DNA of 64,000 bases from Oscillospiraceae bacterium (GTDB lineage Bacteria; Bacillota; Clostridia; Oscillospirales; Oscillospiraceae). Of the stretch, positions 36,883 through 46,327 are shown piece after piece; within the stretch, counting starts at the first letter, position 1; each line of letters starts with the position of its first letter. The translations under genes and the position numbers were made by a program. The notes beneath the pieces are model-generated. The model saw only the letters and a program-made list of their open reading frames with translations, was not told the origin of the DNA and did not search any database. The DNA lies in assembly GCA_022792495.1 (NCBI GenBank), contig JAAWBD010000093.1, positions 1,155 through 65,154 on the forward strand, given 5' to 3'.

Positions 36883-38031
36883 TTAAATGATTTCGATCTG
36901 GCTCTGGGTCAGGCGGTGAGGCGCCTTGTTCAGAAGCTCAAAGACAGGTACATCGTGGCGGAAGTCCTCTACGCCCTTCATTCGGCCCATGTAGCCCGCC
37001 ACATAGTCAAAGGGGATATGCTGGAGCAGAGGGGCCATCCAGAAGAAGGGGGCCTTGGGGGTGGTGAACACCTGGAAGGAGGAGGCGAACTCCCCCTTAC
37101 CGGCGTCGGTGACCACCATGCAGGGGCTTCCCAGCTGCTCCACCGCCTTCAGAGTCTCCTTCATACGGCCGAAGGAGGGGGTGTCGCTGTTTGTGATGGC
37201 CACCCGGCCGATGGTCTCGGGCTCCCGGAGGAAGTAGTTGATGTGGCACCAGTCCTCGCTGTCGTCGTAGCTGGTATAGCCGCCGAAGCACTCCAGCACC
37301 TTGGCCGAGCCGAAGAAGGCGGTGGCGTACTCGGCATAGTCGCCGATGAAGTCATAGGCCCGCAGATCCTTCCAGGTCTTGGCCAGCTCAAAGGCCCGAT
37401 CCTCCATCTCCGGAAGGGCGGCGGCCCAGGCGTCGGCGTAGGCCCCAAAGCCCTTCTGCATGGCGTCCAGCTCCAGGGGGCTGACGGTATTCTTGGCCCG
37501 GGCGAACCGGAGGGCCAGCTGCATCAGGGCGAAGGTGGAGGCGATATAGGAGTTCCCGCCGGGCTGGTACTCTCCCTGGGGCATCTCCAGGGGCAGGACG
37601 TACCTGGCCTCCTTGGCGGCAGCGGAGTTGGGATTGTTGGTGATAAGGATGGTGTTAGCCCCATAGTGCTTGGCCCGCATCACCGCCTCCACCACCCGGC
37701 TCACGTTGCCCGAGATGGAGATGGCGATGACCAGAGGGGTGTTGGGGGAGTAACCCAGCATCTTGGAGCCCAGGTAGCGGGTAAACTCGATATTCCGCAT
37801 GACCTTCACGTCCATCTTGGCCACGCTCTCGAACACGGGCTTGGCGGCAATGCCCGCCAGCCAGCTGTCCCCGCAGCCGGTGATGATGATCTGCTGGGCA
37901 TCCCACAGCTCCTTCAGGGGCAGGGTGCTGACCAGCTTCTCCTCGGTCATGGTCTGCTGCATGGTCTTTAAAAAGCCGGGCGCCAGACGGGACTGTCTGG
38001 CCAAAGAGCTGTCGTAATCCATTTTATTCAC
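36883..38031 (-). CDS. Double-SIS protein (GlmS isomerase / FrlB deglycase-like), paralogue A
   Basis: GCGDS, SISG, AKVLE, EDWCH. Confidence 0.88.
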   Translation of the reverse strand: MNKMDYDSSLARQSRLAPGFLKTMQQTMTEEKLVSTLPLKELWDAQQIIITGCGDSWLAGIAAKPVFESVAKMDVKVMRNIEFTRYLGSKMLGYSPNTPLVIAISISGNVSRVVEAVMRAKHYGANTILITNNPNSAAAKEARYVLPLEMPQGEYQPGGNSYIASTFALMQLALRFARAKNTVSPLELDAMQKGFGAYADAWAAALPEMEDRAFELAKTWKDLRAYDFIGDYAEYATAFFGSAKVLECFGGYTSYDDSEDWCHINYFLREPETIGRVAITNSDTPSFGRMKETLKAVEQLGSPCMVVTDAGKGEFASSFQVFTTPKAPFFWMAPLLQHIPFDYVAGYMGRMKGVEDFRHDVPVFELLNKAPHRLTQSQIEII

Positions 38032-38058
38032 GCTTTGATACCCTCCTGTTGTTGTGAT

Positions 38059-39021
38059 TTAGCCTTCCGCCCTCCGGGCCTCCCCGGCCAGGGCCAGGCC
38101 CTTGGCAAGGGCCTGGGCCCGGAGCTCCGGGGTAAAGGTGGGCCAGGGGCCGTACTGCTGAACGTTATAGGCCGCCGCCACGTTGGCCAGGGCGGCGATC
38201 TCCAGGTCGTCATACCCTTCGCAGAAGGCCCACAGGGCCGCTGCGGTGGAGCAGTTGCCGCAGCCGGTGGGGTCGATCTCCTGCTCCCGGGGCACCAGGT
38301 TCACCGTGGGCATGAAAGCCACATGGCCGTCCCGGATCATATAGGAGCCCTTGCTCCCCGCCCGGAAGAAGCAGGGCCGGCCGATCTCCAGGATCCGCTG
38401 GATGGCCTCCTCCTCGGTGGAGACGGAGAACAGGGTATAGCTCTCCGTGCGGTTGAGGCTATAGATGTCGTAGCAGGGCAGGGCCTCCTCCACCAGGGTC
38501 TTCAGGTTCTCAGGCCGGCAGTCGGCGGTGAAAAGCTCCCACATGAGCTTTACCCCGTACTTCTCCCGCAGCCGGTCCATCCGCCGCTGGGAGTCCCTGT
38601 CCGCCACCTTGTCCACGGTGTAGAGCCCCTTTGTCCTCCCCTGGGAGAGCACCTGCTCCACCTTTTCGTACATTTCGGGCACATGGAAGTTCACATCAAT
38701 GCCCAGCTCCCTGGGGCCGTAGAAAAACTCCTCGTTCCACTGGCCATCCGGCTCATAGCGCAGGCGGGCCACGGTGGTTCGGTTGGGATAGGTCAAAAAA
38801 CCCTTGCGGCTGATATGGTTCCGGTCGATGAAGGCGCCGAATTTCTCCTCCATATCCGTCCCCACCGCCCCCAGGAAGAGGGCGTCGGAGGTATACTGCA
38901 GCAGGCCGCAGTAGGCGAACAGGCCGCAGCCCCCCATGAGATCCTCCATCTTCCGCCCGTCGGCAAAGGCGATATCGTTGAGGAACCAGGAGCCAAGGGC
39001 GATATATTCCATAGCCGTCAA
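38059..39021 (-). CDS. PfkB-family carbohydrate kinase (atypical)
   Basis: MGGCG, GAVGTD, SLNRTE, RAGSKGS, IDPTGCGN. Confidence 0.85.
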   Translation of the reverse strand: MTAMEYIALGSWFLNDIAFADGRKMEDLMGGCGLFAYCGLLQYTSDALFLGAVGTDMEEKFGAFIDRNHISRKGFLTYPNRTTVARLRYEPDGQWNEEFFYGPRELGIDVNFHVPEMYEKVEQVLSQGRTKGLYTVDKVADRDSQRRMDRLREKYGVKLMWELFTADCRPENLKTLVEEALPCYDIYSLNRTESYTLFSVSTEEEAIQRILEIGRPCFFRAGSKGSYMIRDGHVAFMPTVNLVPREQEIDPTGCGNCSTAAALWAFCEGYDDLEIAALANVAAAYNVQQYGPWPTFTPELRAQALAKGLALAGEARRAEG

Positions 39022-39046
39022 CCTCCCCTTTCTCTTATACTTGGTT

Positions 39047-40015
39047 TCAGGTGGGCTCCCCTGCCGGCAGGCCCGTCAGGGAGCTCTTCTTCCGCTTGAT
39101 CTGCCGCTTCTGAGCCCAGAGCACCACCGCCAGTACGATGATGGTGATGAGGTAGGGCATGGCCAGCACGAACTGGGAGGGGAAGCCGAAGGGCTGGAGC
39201 CGGTTGCCCACCGAGTCAAAGAAGCCGAAAATGTAGGCCCCGGCCACTGTGCCCAGGGGATTGGCATTGCCAAACCACATGGCCGCAATTCCCATGAAGC
39301 CCCGGTTGTTGGTCATGTTCTCCACAAACATGGTGCTGTAGCCCAGGGACAGGTGGGCGCCGGCCAGGCCGCCCAGGGCGCCGCCGGCCAGAATGGCCTG
39401 GTACTTGATAGCGGTCACGTTGATGCCTGCGGTCTGGGCCGCCTGCTCCATCCGGCCCACACTGCGCATATGGAGGCCCCAGGTGGTCTTGTAGAGCAGG
39501 ATGTAGAGCAGAACCACGAACAGGATCACCATCCACTCGGTAAGAGACCAGTTGTTGAAGATCTCATTCAGCACCGGGATGTTATCCAGGAAGGCCAGGT
39601 GGACCTTGGGGATGGGGGGGATCTTGGGATCGATGAAGGAGCCCGCGGTGCCGAACATGGTCTCCAGCAGGAAACGGGTCAGCCCCAGGACCAGAAGGTT
39701 CATGGCCGTGCAGATGGCGGGCATGTTGGCGCGGTAGCGCAGGTTGCCCACGGCGATGAACCAGGCGATAAGGACTCCCCCGGCCATGGCCAACAGGATG
39801 CCGATGATCCAGCTGCCGGTGAAGTAGCCTCCCACCACCGCCAGGAAGGCCCCCATGAGCATGATGCCCTCAGTACCGATATTCAGGATCCCCGCCTGCT
39901 GGGTCAGCGCCGCGCAAAGGCCGGCGTACATGATGGGGGTCGAATAGCGCAGGGCCGCGTACCACAGGCTTGGCGCGAACACGCTGGACAGGATCTCAGA
40001 AATAGAACCGCTCAT
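39047..40015 (-). CDS. ABC transporter permease (nucleoside-type CUT2)
   Basis: GILNIGTEG, RGFMGIAA, MPYLITI. Confidence 0.93.
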   Translation of the reverse strand: MSGSISEILSSVFAPSLWYAALRYSTPIMYAGLCAALTQQAGILNIGTEGIMLMGAFLAVVGGYFTGSWIIGILLAMAGGVLIAWFIAVGNLRYRANMPAICTAMNLLVLGLTRFLLETMFGTAGSFIDPKIPPIPKVHLAFLDNIPVLNEIFNNWSLTEWMVILFVVLLYILLYKTTWGLHMRSVGRMEQAAQTAGINVTAIKYQAILAGGALGGLAGAHLSLGYSTMFVENMTNNRGFMGIAAMWFGNANPLGTVAGAYIFGFFDSVGNRLQPFGFPSQFVLAMPYLITIIVLAVVLWAQKRQIKRKKSSLTGLPAGEPT

Positions 40016-41166
40016 TTACGCTCACCCCCTTGTACTGCCTCCGGGGCCGGCTCTGGGGCCGGAACCTCCCGGGTCTCGGGCTCCCCGGCGGCGTTTTCCG
40101 CCCGCGTCTCCTCCGACATCCGCTTTTTGTCCTTTTCAAGCTCCCCCTTGGACTTGCGCATAAAGAGGGTCTCCATACAGAACAGGACAATCAGGGCCGC
40201 CGTCAGGGTGTCCCCCAAAGACTTGGGCACCCGGGTGGCCGCCTGCATGGTGACCGCGCCGGTATTCAGAGCGGAGATGAAGAAGGCGGACAGGGGCAGC
40301 AGCACGATGTTGCACCGCACCAGCATGGCCACCAGCAGGCCTCTGGAGCCCAGGCCGGCGGCGAAGGACTGCATGAAGTAGCCGGTGTTGCCCAGGATCT
40401 CGATACAGCCGGAGAAGCCGGCGATGGCCCCGGAAAGGAGCATAGCCTTGACCCCCAGCCGCTTGCGGCTGATGCCGGCGTACTCGGCGTGGAGCCGGTT
40501 TTCACCTACGGTCTTGATCTCCCGGCCGAAGGCGGTTTTTTTCATCATCCAGTATACCACAATGGTGATGGCGATGGCAAAGAAAATACCGATGTTCAGG
40601 CTGGAGGGTTTCAGGAAACCGGGGAAGCGCACCCCCACCTCCTTGGACTGGGGCACCGCCTTTCCGGCGGTGAGGGGCCCCACCACGAAGAAGCCGCAGA
40701 CATAGTTGGCCACCATGTTCATGAAGATGCACACGCACAGAACATTTACGTTCAGGTGGATGTTCAGAAGGGCGGGGATCAGGGCCCACAAGGCTCCCGC
40801 CACCACGGCGGCCACTATGCACAGGATGGCCAGCAGCACGGGGGGCAGATCCTTGCAGTAGATCCCCACCACGGTGGCCGCCAGGGCCCCCATATACATA
40901 TCCCCGTCAATGCCGGTGTTGAAGAAGCCGGCATTGTAGGCGATGGTGAAGGCCACCGCGTTGAGCAGCAGGTTGGTGGCGCCCACCAGGGTGGTGCCGA
41001 TATTTTTCTTCCCCACCACAGCGCCCCGCAGGAGGGCGGCGAAGGCGGCCACCGGATCCTTCCCGGCAAGGCCGGCCACCAGGATGATACCGATGGCCAC
41101 GGCCAGAAGGGCGGTAAGCAGCACCTTCCGCACATTGGCGGAGGTTCCCGTTCTCAGCTCATTCAT
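40012..41166 (-). CDS. ABC transporter permease (nucleoside-type CUT2)
   Basis: GFFNTGIDG, GENRLHAEYAGI, multiple TM segments. Confidence 0.92.
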   Translation of the reverse strand: MNELRTGTSANVRKVLLTALLAVAIGIILVAGLAGKDPVAAFAALLRGAVVGKKNIGTTLVGATNLLLNAVAFTIAYNAGFFNTGIDGDMYMGALAATVVGIYCKDLPPVLLAILCIVAAVVAGALWALIPALLNIHLNVNVLCVCIFMNMVANYVCGFFVVGPLTAGKAVPQSKEVGVRFPGFLKPSSLNIGIFFAIAITIVVYWMMKKTAFGREIKTVGENRLHAEYAGISRKRLGVKAMLLSGAIAGFSGCIEILGNTGYFMQSFAAGLGSRGLLVAMLVRCNIVLLPLSAFFISALNTGAVTMQAATRVPKSLGDTLTAALIVLFCMETLFMRKSKGELEKDKKRMSEETRAENAAGEPETREVPAPEPAPEAVQGGERK

Positions 41167-42704
41167 GACGCCGTCTCCTCCTTTCTGCCGCCGGACAGCA
41201 TCAGCATACCCAGGTTCTCCTCATTGGCCTCCTCCACGGGCATGGTGCCCGCGATGCGGCCCTCGCTGAGAACCACGATGCGATCCGACAGGCTCAGGAT
41301 CTCCTCCAGCTCTGCCGAGACCAGCAGCACCCCGATCCCCTGGGCCTTTACCCGCTGCAGGATGGTTCGGATGGACTCAATGGCGCCGATGTCGATCCCC
41401 CGGGTGGGCTGGGAGGCGATGAGGAGCTTTTTCACCTCGGTGACCTCCCGGGCCACCACCACCTTCTGGGCGTTGCCGCCGGAGAGGGAGGAGGTCAGGG
41501 CCTCCGCCCTGGGGGGACGGACGTCGTACTCCTTCACCAGCTCCTCCGCCGTCTTTTGGGCGGCGGCCTCGTCCAGAACCAGGCCGCCCTTGGCGAAGGG
41601 AGGCTTGCGCAGGCGGGTGATGATGATGTTGTCGGTAATGCTGGCCTGGCGGTTCAGGCCCATCCGGTTCCGGTCCTCGGGAATGTGGGCCAGGCCGGTC
41701 TCCCGGATGAGCTTGGGAGACTTGTTAGTGATATCCACCCCGGCCAGGGTGACCCTGCCCCGCTCCACCTCACGCAGTCCAGCGATGGCCTCCACCAGCT
41801 CGCTTTGGCCGTTGCCGTCCACGCCGGCGATGCCCACGATCTCCCCGGCCTTCACGTCAAAGGAGATGCCCCGGATCTTGGACAGCTCCTTCTCCCCACT
41901 GGTCCAGAGATCCTCCACCACCAGCACGGGCTCGCCCACCTCCTGCTTGGTGCGCTTGATATCCAGGAATACCTCCCGGCCCACCATCATCTTGGACAGC
42001 TCCCGGGGGTCGGTGTCCTCCTTGTTCACCGTACCGATCACCCGGCCCTGGCGCATGACGGTGATCCGGTCGGAGATCTCCATGACCTCGTTGAGCTTGT
42101 GGGAGATAAAGATGATAGATTTCCCGGCGGCCTTCAGAGTGTACAGGATGTCGAAGAGCTTCCGGGTCTCCTGGGGGGTCAGCACGCCGGTGGGCTCATC
42201 CAGGATGATGGTCTCGGCCCCCCGGGAGAGGACTTTGATGATCTCCACCCGCTGGGCCTCCCCCACCGAGATCTGGTCGATGCGCTTATTGATCTGCACA
42301 TCCATGTTATACTCTTCGATATAATGCTGGATCTGCTTCCTGGCCTCATGGAAATCGATGATGATGCCCTTTTTCGGCTCAAAGCCCAGGATCACGTTCT
42401 CCAGAACCGTCAGCTCGTTGACCAGCATGAACTCCTGGTGCACCATGCCGATGCCGTTGGCGATGGCCACCTTCGGCGTCAGGCCGGTCATAGGCTTTCC
42501 GTTCACCAGGATTTCGCCGTTGTCGATGCCGTACATGCCGTACAGCAGCTTCATCATCGTGGATTTCCCCGCCCCATTCTCCCCGATCAGGGAGTGGATC
42601 TCTCCCCGCTTCAGCTGGAAGGAGGCGTCGATCACGGCATGGACAGAGCCAAAGCTCTTCTCAATACCCTTCATTTCAACCGCAAAATCGCTCAAACAGT
42701 TCAC
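41163..42704 (-). CDS. ABC transporter ATP-binding protein (fused double domain, CUT2)
   Basis: GENGAGKST, LDEPT, LSGGNAQK, QPTRGID. Confidence 0.96.
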   Translation of the reverse strand: MNCLSDFAVEMKGIEKSFGSVHAVIDASFQLKRGEIHSLIGENGAGKSTMMKLLYGMYGIDNGEILVNGKPMTGLTPKVAIANGIGMVHQEFMLVNELTVLENVILGFEPKKGIIIDFHEARKQIQHYIEEYNMDVQINKRIDQISVGEAQRVEIIKVLSRGAETIILDEPTGVLTPQETRKLFDILYTLKAAGKSIIFISHKLNEVMEISDRITVMRQGRVIGTVNKEDTDPRELSKMMVGREVFLDIKRTKQEVGEPVLVVEDLWTSGEKELSKIRGISFDVKAGEIVGIAGVDGNGQSELVEAIAGLREVERGRVTLAGVDITNKSPKLIRETGLAHIPEDRNRMGLNRQASITDNIIITRLRKPPFAKGGLVLDEAAAQKTAEELVKEYDVRPPRAEALTSSLSGGNAQKVVVAREVTEVKKLLIASQPTRGIDIGAIESIRTILQRVKAQGIGVLLVSAELEEILSLSDRIVVLSEGRIAGTMPVEEANEENLGMLMLSGGRKEETAS

Positions 42705-42756
42705 CTTCTTTATTATTAAGTCTCATCAGCCGCCCTGCCCAGGCCGGGATATTTAT

Positions 42757-42792
42757 GAAAAAAGGGGCGGAGTTTCTCTCCGCCCCTTTTTC
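42757..42792. terminator. Hairpin between the BMP gene and the ATPase
   Basis: gaaaaaaggggcggag-N-ctccgccccttttttc. Confidence 0.7.
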
Positions 42793-42833
42793 TTATACCG
42801 GTTCCGGCGTTTGAGCGGCGTCGCTCTATGGGT

Positions 42834-43949
42834 TTACGCGTTCTTTCCGTAGCCCTCATAGTTGGAGACCACGATGGTGCCGTCGGCGATCTTGGCCTTC
42901 AGCTCCTCGGTCAGAGCCAGCAGCTCCTCGATCTGCTCCAGCTGATCGGGATAGTGCTCCTTCATGACGCTCATGTCGGTCAGGTTCACTCCGCCGTACT
43001 CCAGATCCATGTAGATCCGCTCGTTTCCGGTGAACTTACCCTGCTCCACAGCCTTCTTGATGATCTGGTAGACACCCTCGCCGTTCTCCTTCAGCATGGA
43101 GGTCAGCACGTGGCCGGGGCGGTCGTTGTCCTGGTTCAGATCCACGCCGATGGCGTAGAGCCCGTTCAGCTCCGCGGCCTCGAGAACGCCGTTTCCGGTG
43201 CCGGAGGCCACATTCATAACGATATCAGCGCCCTGCTCAAACATGGCGTTGGTCAGCTCCTTGCCCTTCAGAGGATCATGGAAGTCCCCGGCAAAGGATT
43301 GAAGGATCTGGATATCGGGATCAATGTACTTCGCGCCCTCGGTAAAGCCCAGGAAGAAGTCCCGGAGAGCGGGGATGTCGTTTCCGCCTACCCAGCCGAT
43401 GATGTTCTCCTCATTGACACCGGGGAACTGGGTCATCTTGGTGAAGGTAGCGGCCACGGCGCCGGCCAGGAAGGAACCCTGGTTCTGGGCGAAGGTCACG
43501 GAGACCACGTTGTCCCCCTCGCAGTTGGTGTCGGTGATGCCGAACATCACATCGGGATACTCGGCGCAGTGGGCGGCGATGGCGTCGCCCCACTGGGAGG
43601 CGGAGGCGACCACCAGGTCAAAGCCCTCCTCGGCACCGGTGAGGATCTGGTTTTCATAGTCGGCGTAATCGTTGGACTGAGAATAGGAAAGCTCGATGTT
43701 GAAATCCTTCTCCGCCTTCCGGGCGCCGGCTATGGCGGAGTCGGCAAAGGCCTTATCGCCCTCCAGCGCGGAGACCAGCAGAACCTTCAGAGGGGCCTTG
43801 TCCTCCCCGCCCTGGCTCTCCACAACGGGGGGATCGCTCTCGCCGCCCGGGGCGGTAGAGGGCTTGGGATCTTCCTTACTTCCACATGCGGCCAGGGAGA
43901 GACTCAGGGCAAAAGCCAGGCCGAGAGACATGATTCTTTTCATTTTCAT
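42834..43949 (-). CDS. BMP-family (PnrA/TmpC-like) ABC substrate-binding lipoprotein
   Basis: Lipobox LAAC, GDKAFAD, QGSFLAG, GADIV, AIGVDLNQ, LTSMLK. Confidence 0.93.
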   Translation of the reverse strand: MKMKRIMSLGLAFALSLSLAACGSKEDPKPSTAPGGESDPPVVESQGGEDKAPLKVLLVSALEGDKAFADSAIAGARKAEKDFNIELSYSQSNDYADYENQILTGAEEGFDLVVASASQWGDAIAAHCAEYPDVMFGITDTNCEGDNVVSVTFAQNQGSFLAGAVAATFTKMTQFPGVNEENIIGWVGGNDIPALRDFFLGFTEGAKYIDPDIQILQSFAGDFHDPLKGKELTNAMFEQGADIVMNVASGTGNGVLEAAELNGLYAIGVDLNQDNDRPGHVLTSMLKENGEGVYQIIKKAVEQGKFTGNERIYMDLEYGGVNLTDMSVMKEHYPDQLEQIEELLALTEELKAKIADGTIVVSNYEGYGKNA

Positions 43950-44062
43950 AACGATCCTCCTAATTTTCATGTTCAAGATATTTCCGAACCTGTGGATCTG
44001 TCATGCTCCTGCGTTATCCGCAGTTCTTTTGCTGCTTGGGACTTGACAAACTTGGTCGGGTC

Positions 44063-44126
44063 ATGCTATATAACGTTATAGGACGTCCTGTATTGAAGTA
44101 TAACGTATTTTCTCCTATTTTGTAAA
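44063..44126 (-). promoter_or_regulatory. BMP-operon promoter with putative HutC-type GntR operator
   Basis: acGTtaTAggACgt (44073-44086) fits GT-N2-TA-N2-AC; palindrome TATAACGTTATA; minus-strand TTTACA-18-TATACT just upstream. Confidence 0.55.
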
Positions 44127-44230
44127 CTGACAAATTTGTCGAAATTATTTACTCAAAATTGTGCAAATTATCCAGAGCAAGGAATTTCCCCCCTCCAGCT
44201 CCCATCCTACCCCTTATGGGCAAACAAATT

Positions 44231-44259
44231 TTGACAATTCTTCCCCAATCGAATATAAT
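44231..44259 (+). promoter_or_regulatory. Consensus sigmaA promoter of gntR
   Basis: TTGACA-17-TATAAT. Confidence 0.85.
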
Positions 44260-44299
44260 TGATATTGATCTGTAATGAATCAGAAACGAGGGCTGGCCT

Positions 44300-45019
44300 G
44301 TGGCACACGTATTAAAAGAGAACAGCGCGATCCCCCTTTACCGGCAGCTGAAGGAAAAGCTCCGAACCGACTATATCGACTCCAGCAGCGGCTTTGATGT
44401 GAGCAGCGCCATCCCTTCTGAGCAGGAGCTGATGCAGATGTACGGCGTATCCCGCATCACTGTCCGGAACGCTGTAAAGGAGCTGGTCAACGAAGGATTT
44501 CTAAAAAAAGTCCAGGGCAAGGGTACCTTTGTGACCCAGCTGAAAAATTATCCCCTCAATTCCGGCGGCGGCTTTTCCGTCACCTGCTCCCTGATGCACC
44601 TCACCCCCTCCACAAGGGTGATCGAGATGAAGGAAGTTCCGGCCTGCGAGGAGGACCGCCTGCTGTTCAGCCTTCAGAAGGAGGATCCCGTCTTTTATGT
44701 CCAGCGGCTGCGGCTGGGGGATGGTCTCCCCTTTATCCTGGAGCACATCTACCTGCCCCCCAAATTCCGCTACCTCACCAAGCAGGATCTGGAAAGCTCC
44801 CTCTACAAGGCCCTGGAAAAGGAGTGCGGCCCCGTCACCAACCCGGGGCCCAGCTGGATGGAGCTCCACCAGGTGTACGGGCGCAGCGCTGAGCTGCTGG
44901 GCCTGGAGGAGAGCTCCCCCGTCATCAAGATCCAGGAATACGGCTATGACCGGCAGCAGACCCCCCTCCATAGAACCAGACTGCTCCTTCGGCCTGATTT
45001 CCGCTACTATTTGCGGTAA
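44300..45019 (+). CDS. GntR/HutC-family regulator
   Basis: PLYRQL, IPSEQELMQMYGVSRITVR, QGKGTFV, UTRA domain. Confidence 0.94.
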   Translation: MAHVLKENSAIPLYRQLKEKLRTDYIDSSSGFDVSSAIPSEQELMQMYGVSRITVRNAVKELVNEGFLKKVQGKGTFVTQLKNYPLNSGGGFSVTCSLMHLTPSTRVIEMKEVPACEEDRLLFSLQKEDPVFYVQRLRLGDGLPFILEHIYLPPKFRYLTKQDLESSLYKALEKECGPVTNPGPSWMELHQVYGRSAELLGLEESSPVIKIQEYGYDRQQTPLHRTRLLLRPDFRYYLR

Positions 45020-45031
45020 TCTGCAAAAAAC

Positions 45032-45075
45032 AAAAGATCCCCGCGGCAGGGGTTACCCTGCCGCGGGGATCTTTT
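45032..45075. terminator. Bidirectional terminator
   Basis: aaaagatccccgcggcaggg-N-ccctgccgcggggatctttt. Confidence 0.85.
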
Positions 45076-45091
45076 CACTTCCCAAGTCTTG

Positions 45092-45343
45092 TCAGGCGGA
45101 GATCTCCTCCGCCCGCTCCCTGCCCCTCATCCCCGCCAGCACGGCGATGTACTTCCCCATCAGGGGAATATAGGTGAGAAGAAAGGTCAGCCGGGCCAGG
45201 AGCCTGACCCGCAGCTTATCCCTTCTGGCAACCCGGGTTCCAAAGAGGATCCCGACGGAGAAAAGGCAGATCTTCAGCAGCGCCAGATCCTTCCAGGTGC
45301 TTTTTCGCAGAAATTCATCCGCACTGTCAAACAGCCAGTTCAT
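45092..45343 (-). CDS. Small hypothetical membrane protein
   Basis: WKDLALLKICLFSVG...TYIPLM; RBS AGGAGG. Confidence 0.75.
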   Translation of the reverse strand: MNWLFDSADEFLRKSTWKDLALLKICLFSVGILFGTRVARRDKLRVRLLARLTFLLTYIPLMGKYIAVLAGMRGRERAEEISA

Positions 45344-45383
45344 GGCAAGCCTCCTTTTTCTCTGCTCCGGCCTTTCCGGATCC

Positions 45384-46154
45384 TCAGCCCTTCTTCCGAT
45401 CCTCCTGGATCAGCACCTTCAGGGCCTCCACCCCCACCTCGATGGCGGCGGAGAGGTCGTGGCTCTCCTTCTGATCCAAGCCGGCGGCCTCCCGCTCCTG
45501 ATTCCAGATCACATGGAAGCAGGAGCCCACCCGGACGCCCAGGGCGGCGGCGCAGCAGAACAGGGCCGCCGACTCCATCTCGGAGGCCAGAACCCCCAGC
45601 CGCTTCCAGGCCTCCCACTTGTTGAGCAGCTCATAGCTCACCGGCATCCGGGCGGGGGAATGCTGGCCGTAGAAGGAGTCCTTACACTGAACCACCCCGG
45701 CATGCCAGGGCTTTCCCAGGTTCTTGGCCGCCTGCACCAGGGCCTGCTGTACCTCGTAATCACTGACAGCGGGGAACTCAATGGGGGCGTACTCCCGGCT
45801 GGTTCCCTCGTGACGGATGGCTCCCGTGGCGATGACCACATCGTCGGACTGAACCTTCAGATTGATCCCTCCGCAGGTGCCCACCCGGACAAAGGTGTCG
45901 GCCCCGATGGCCACCAGCTCCTCCATGGCGATGGCAGCGGAGGGCCCGCCAATGCCCGTGGAGCAGACGCTGACCTTTTCCCCCAGGAGGGTGCCGGTGT
46001 AGATCACATACTCCCGGTTCTGCTGTACCTTGTAGGGCTCGTCAAAGTAAGCGGCGATCTTCTCACACCGTCCGGGATCCCCGGGGAGAATACAGTAGCG
46101 TCCCACATCCCCCTGCTTGCACTTGATGTGGAATTGAAGCTCATGTTCCTGCAT
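45384..46154 (-). CDS. udp: Uridine phosphorylase
   Basis: [31 protein letters not shown]. Confidence 0.93.
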   Translation of the reverse strand: MQEHELQFHIKCKQGDVGRYCILPGDPGRCEKIAAYFDEPYKVQQNREYVIYTGTLLGEKVSVCSTGIGGPSAAIAMEELVAIGADTFVRVGTCGGINLKVQSDDVVIATGAIRHEGTSREYAPIEFPAVSDYEVQQALVQAAKNLGKPWHAGVVQCKDSFYGQHSPARMPVSYELLNKWEAWKRLGVLASEMESAALFCCAAALGVRVGSCFHVIWNQEREAAGLDQKESHDLSAAIEVGVEALKVLIQEDRKKG

Positions 46155-46254
46155 CTTGGTCACCTCTCCTTATTATTTTGGGGTCTCTATCTTTGATTAT
46201 ATCCTAACAAGGATCGTTCCGCAAGAGGGAACTGGCCCGGCGGGAAAGTGGTGC

Positions 46255-46283
46255 TTGAAAAAAGGGGCGAATCTTGGTAAAAT
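46255..46283 (+). promoter_or_regulatory. sigmaA promoter of the mPPase-like gene
   Basis: TTGAAA-17-TAAAAT with extended TG. Confidence 0.6.
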
Positions 46284-46327
46284 TGGGTGGATAACTATTC
46301 CATCCGCCCTCCGGGCGGTCAAAGGGG

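Noticed and set aside
40030-42324. 764-aa plus-strand ORF, and similar long ORFs at 1959-3476, 7166-8719, 25538-27304 and 53758-55323
   Set aside because: These are antisense shadows of well-supported genes, expected at high GC3; they show no family motifs.
44043-44072. Extra plus-strand TTGACA...TATATA promoter
   Set aside because: The -10 is weak and overlaps the operator; a perfect promoter at 44231 already explains gntR.
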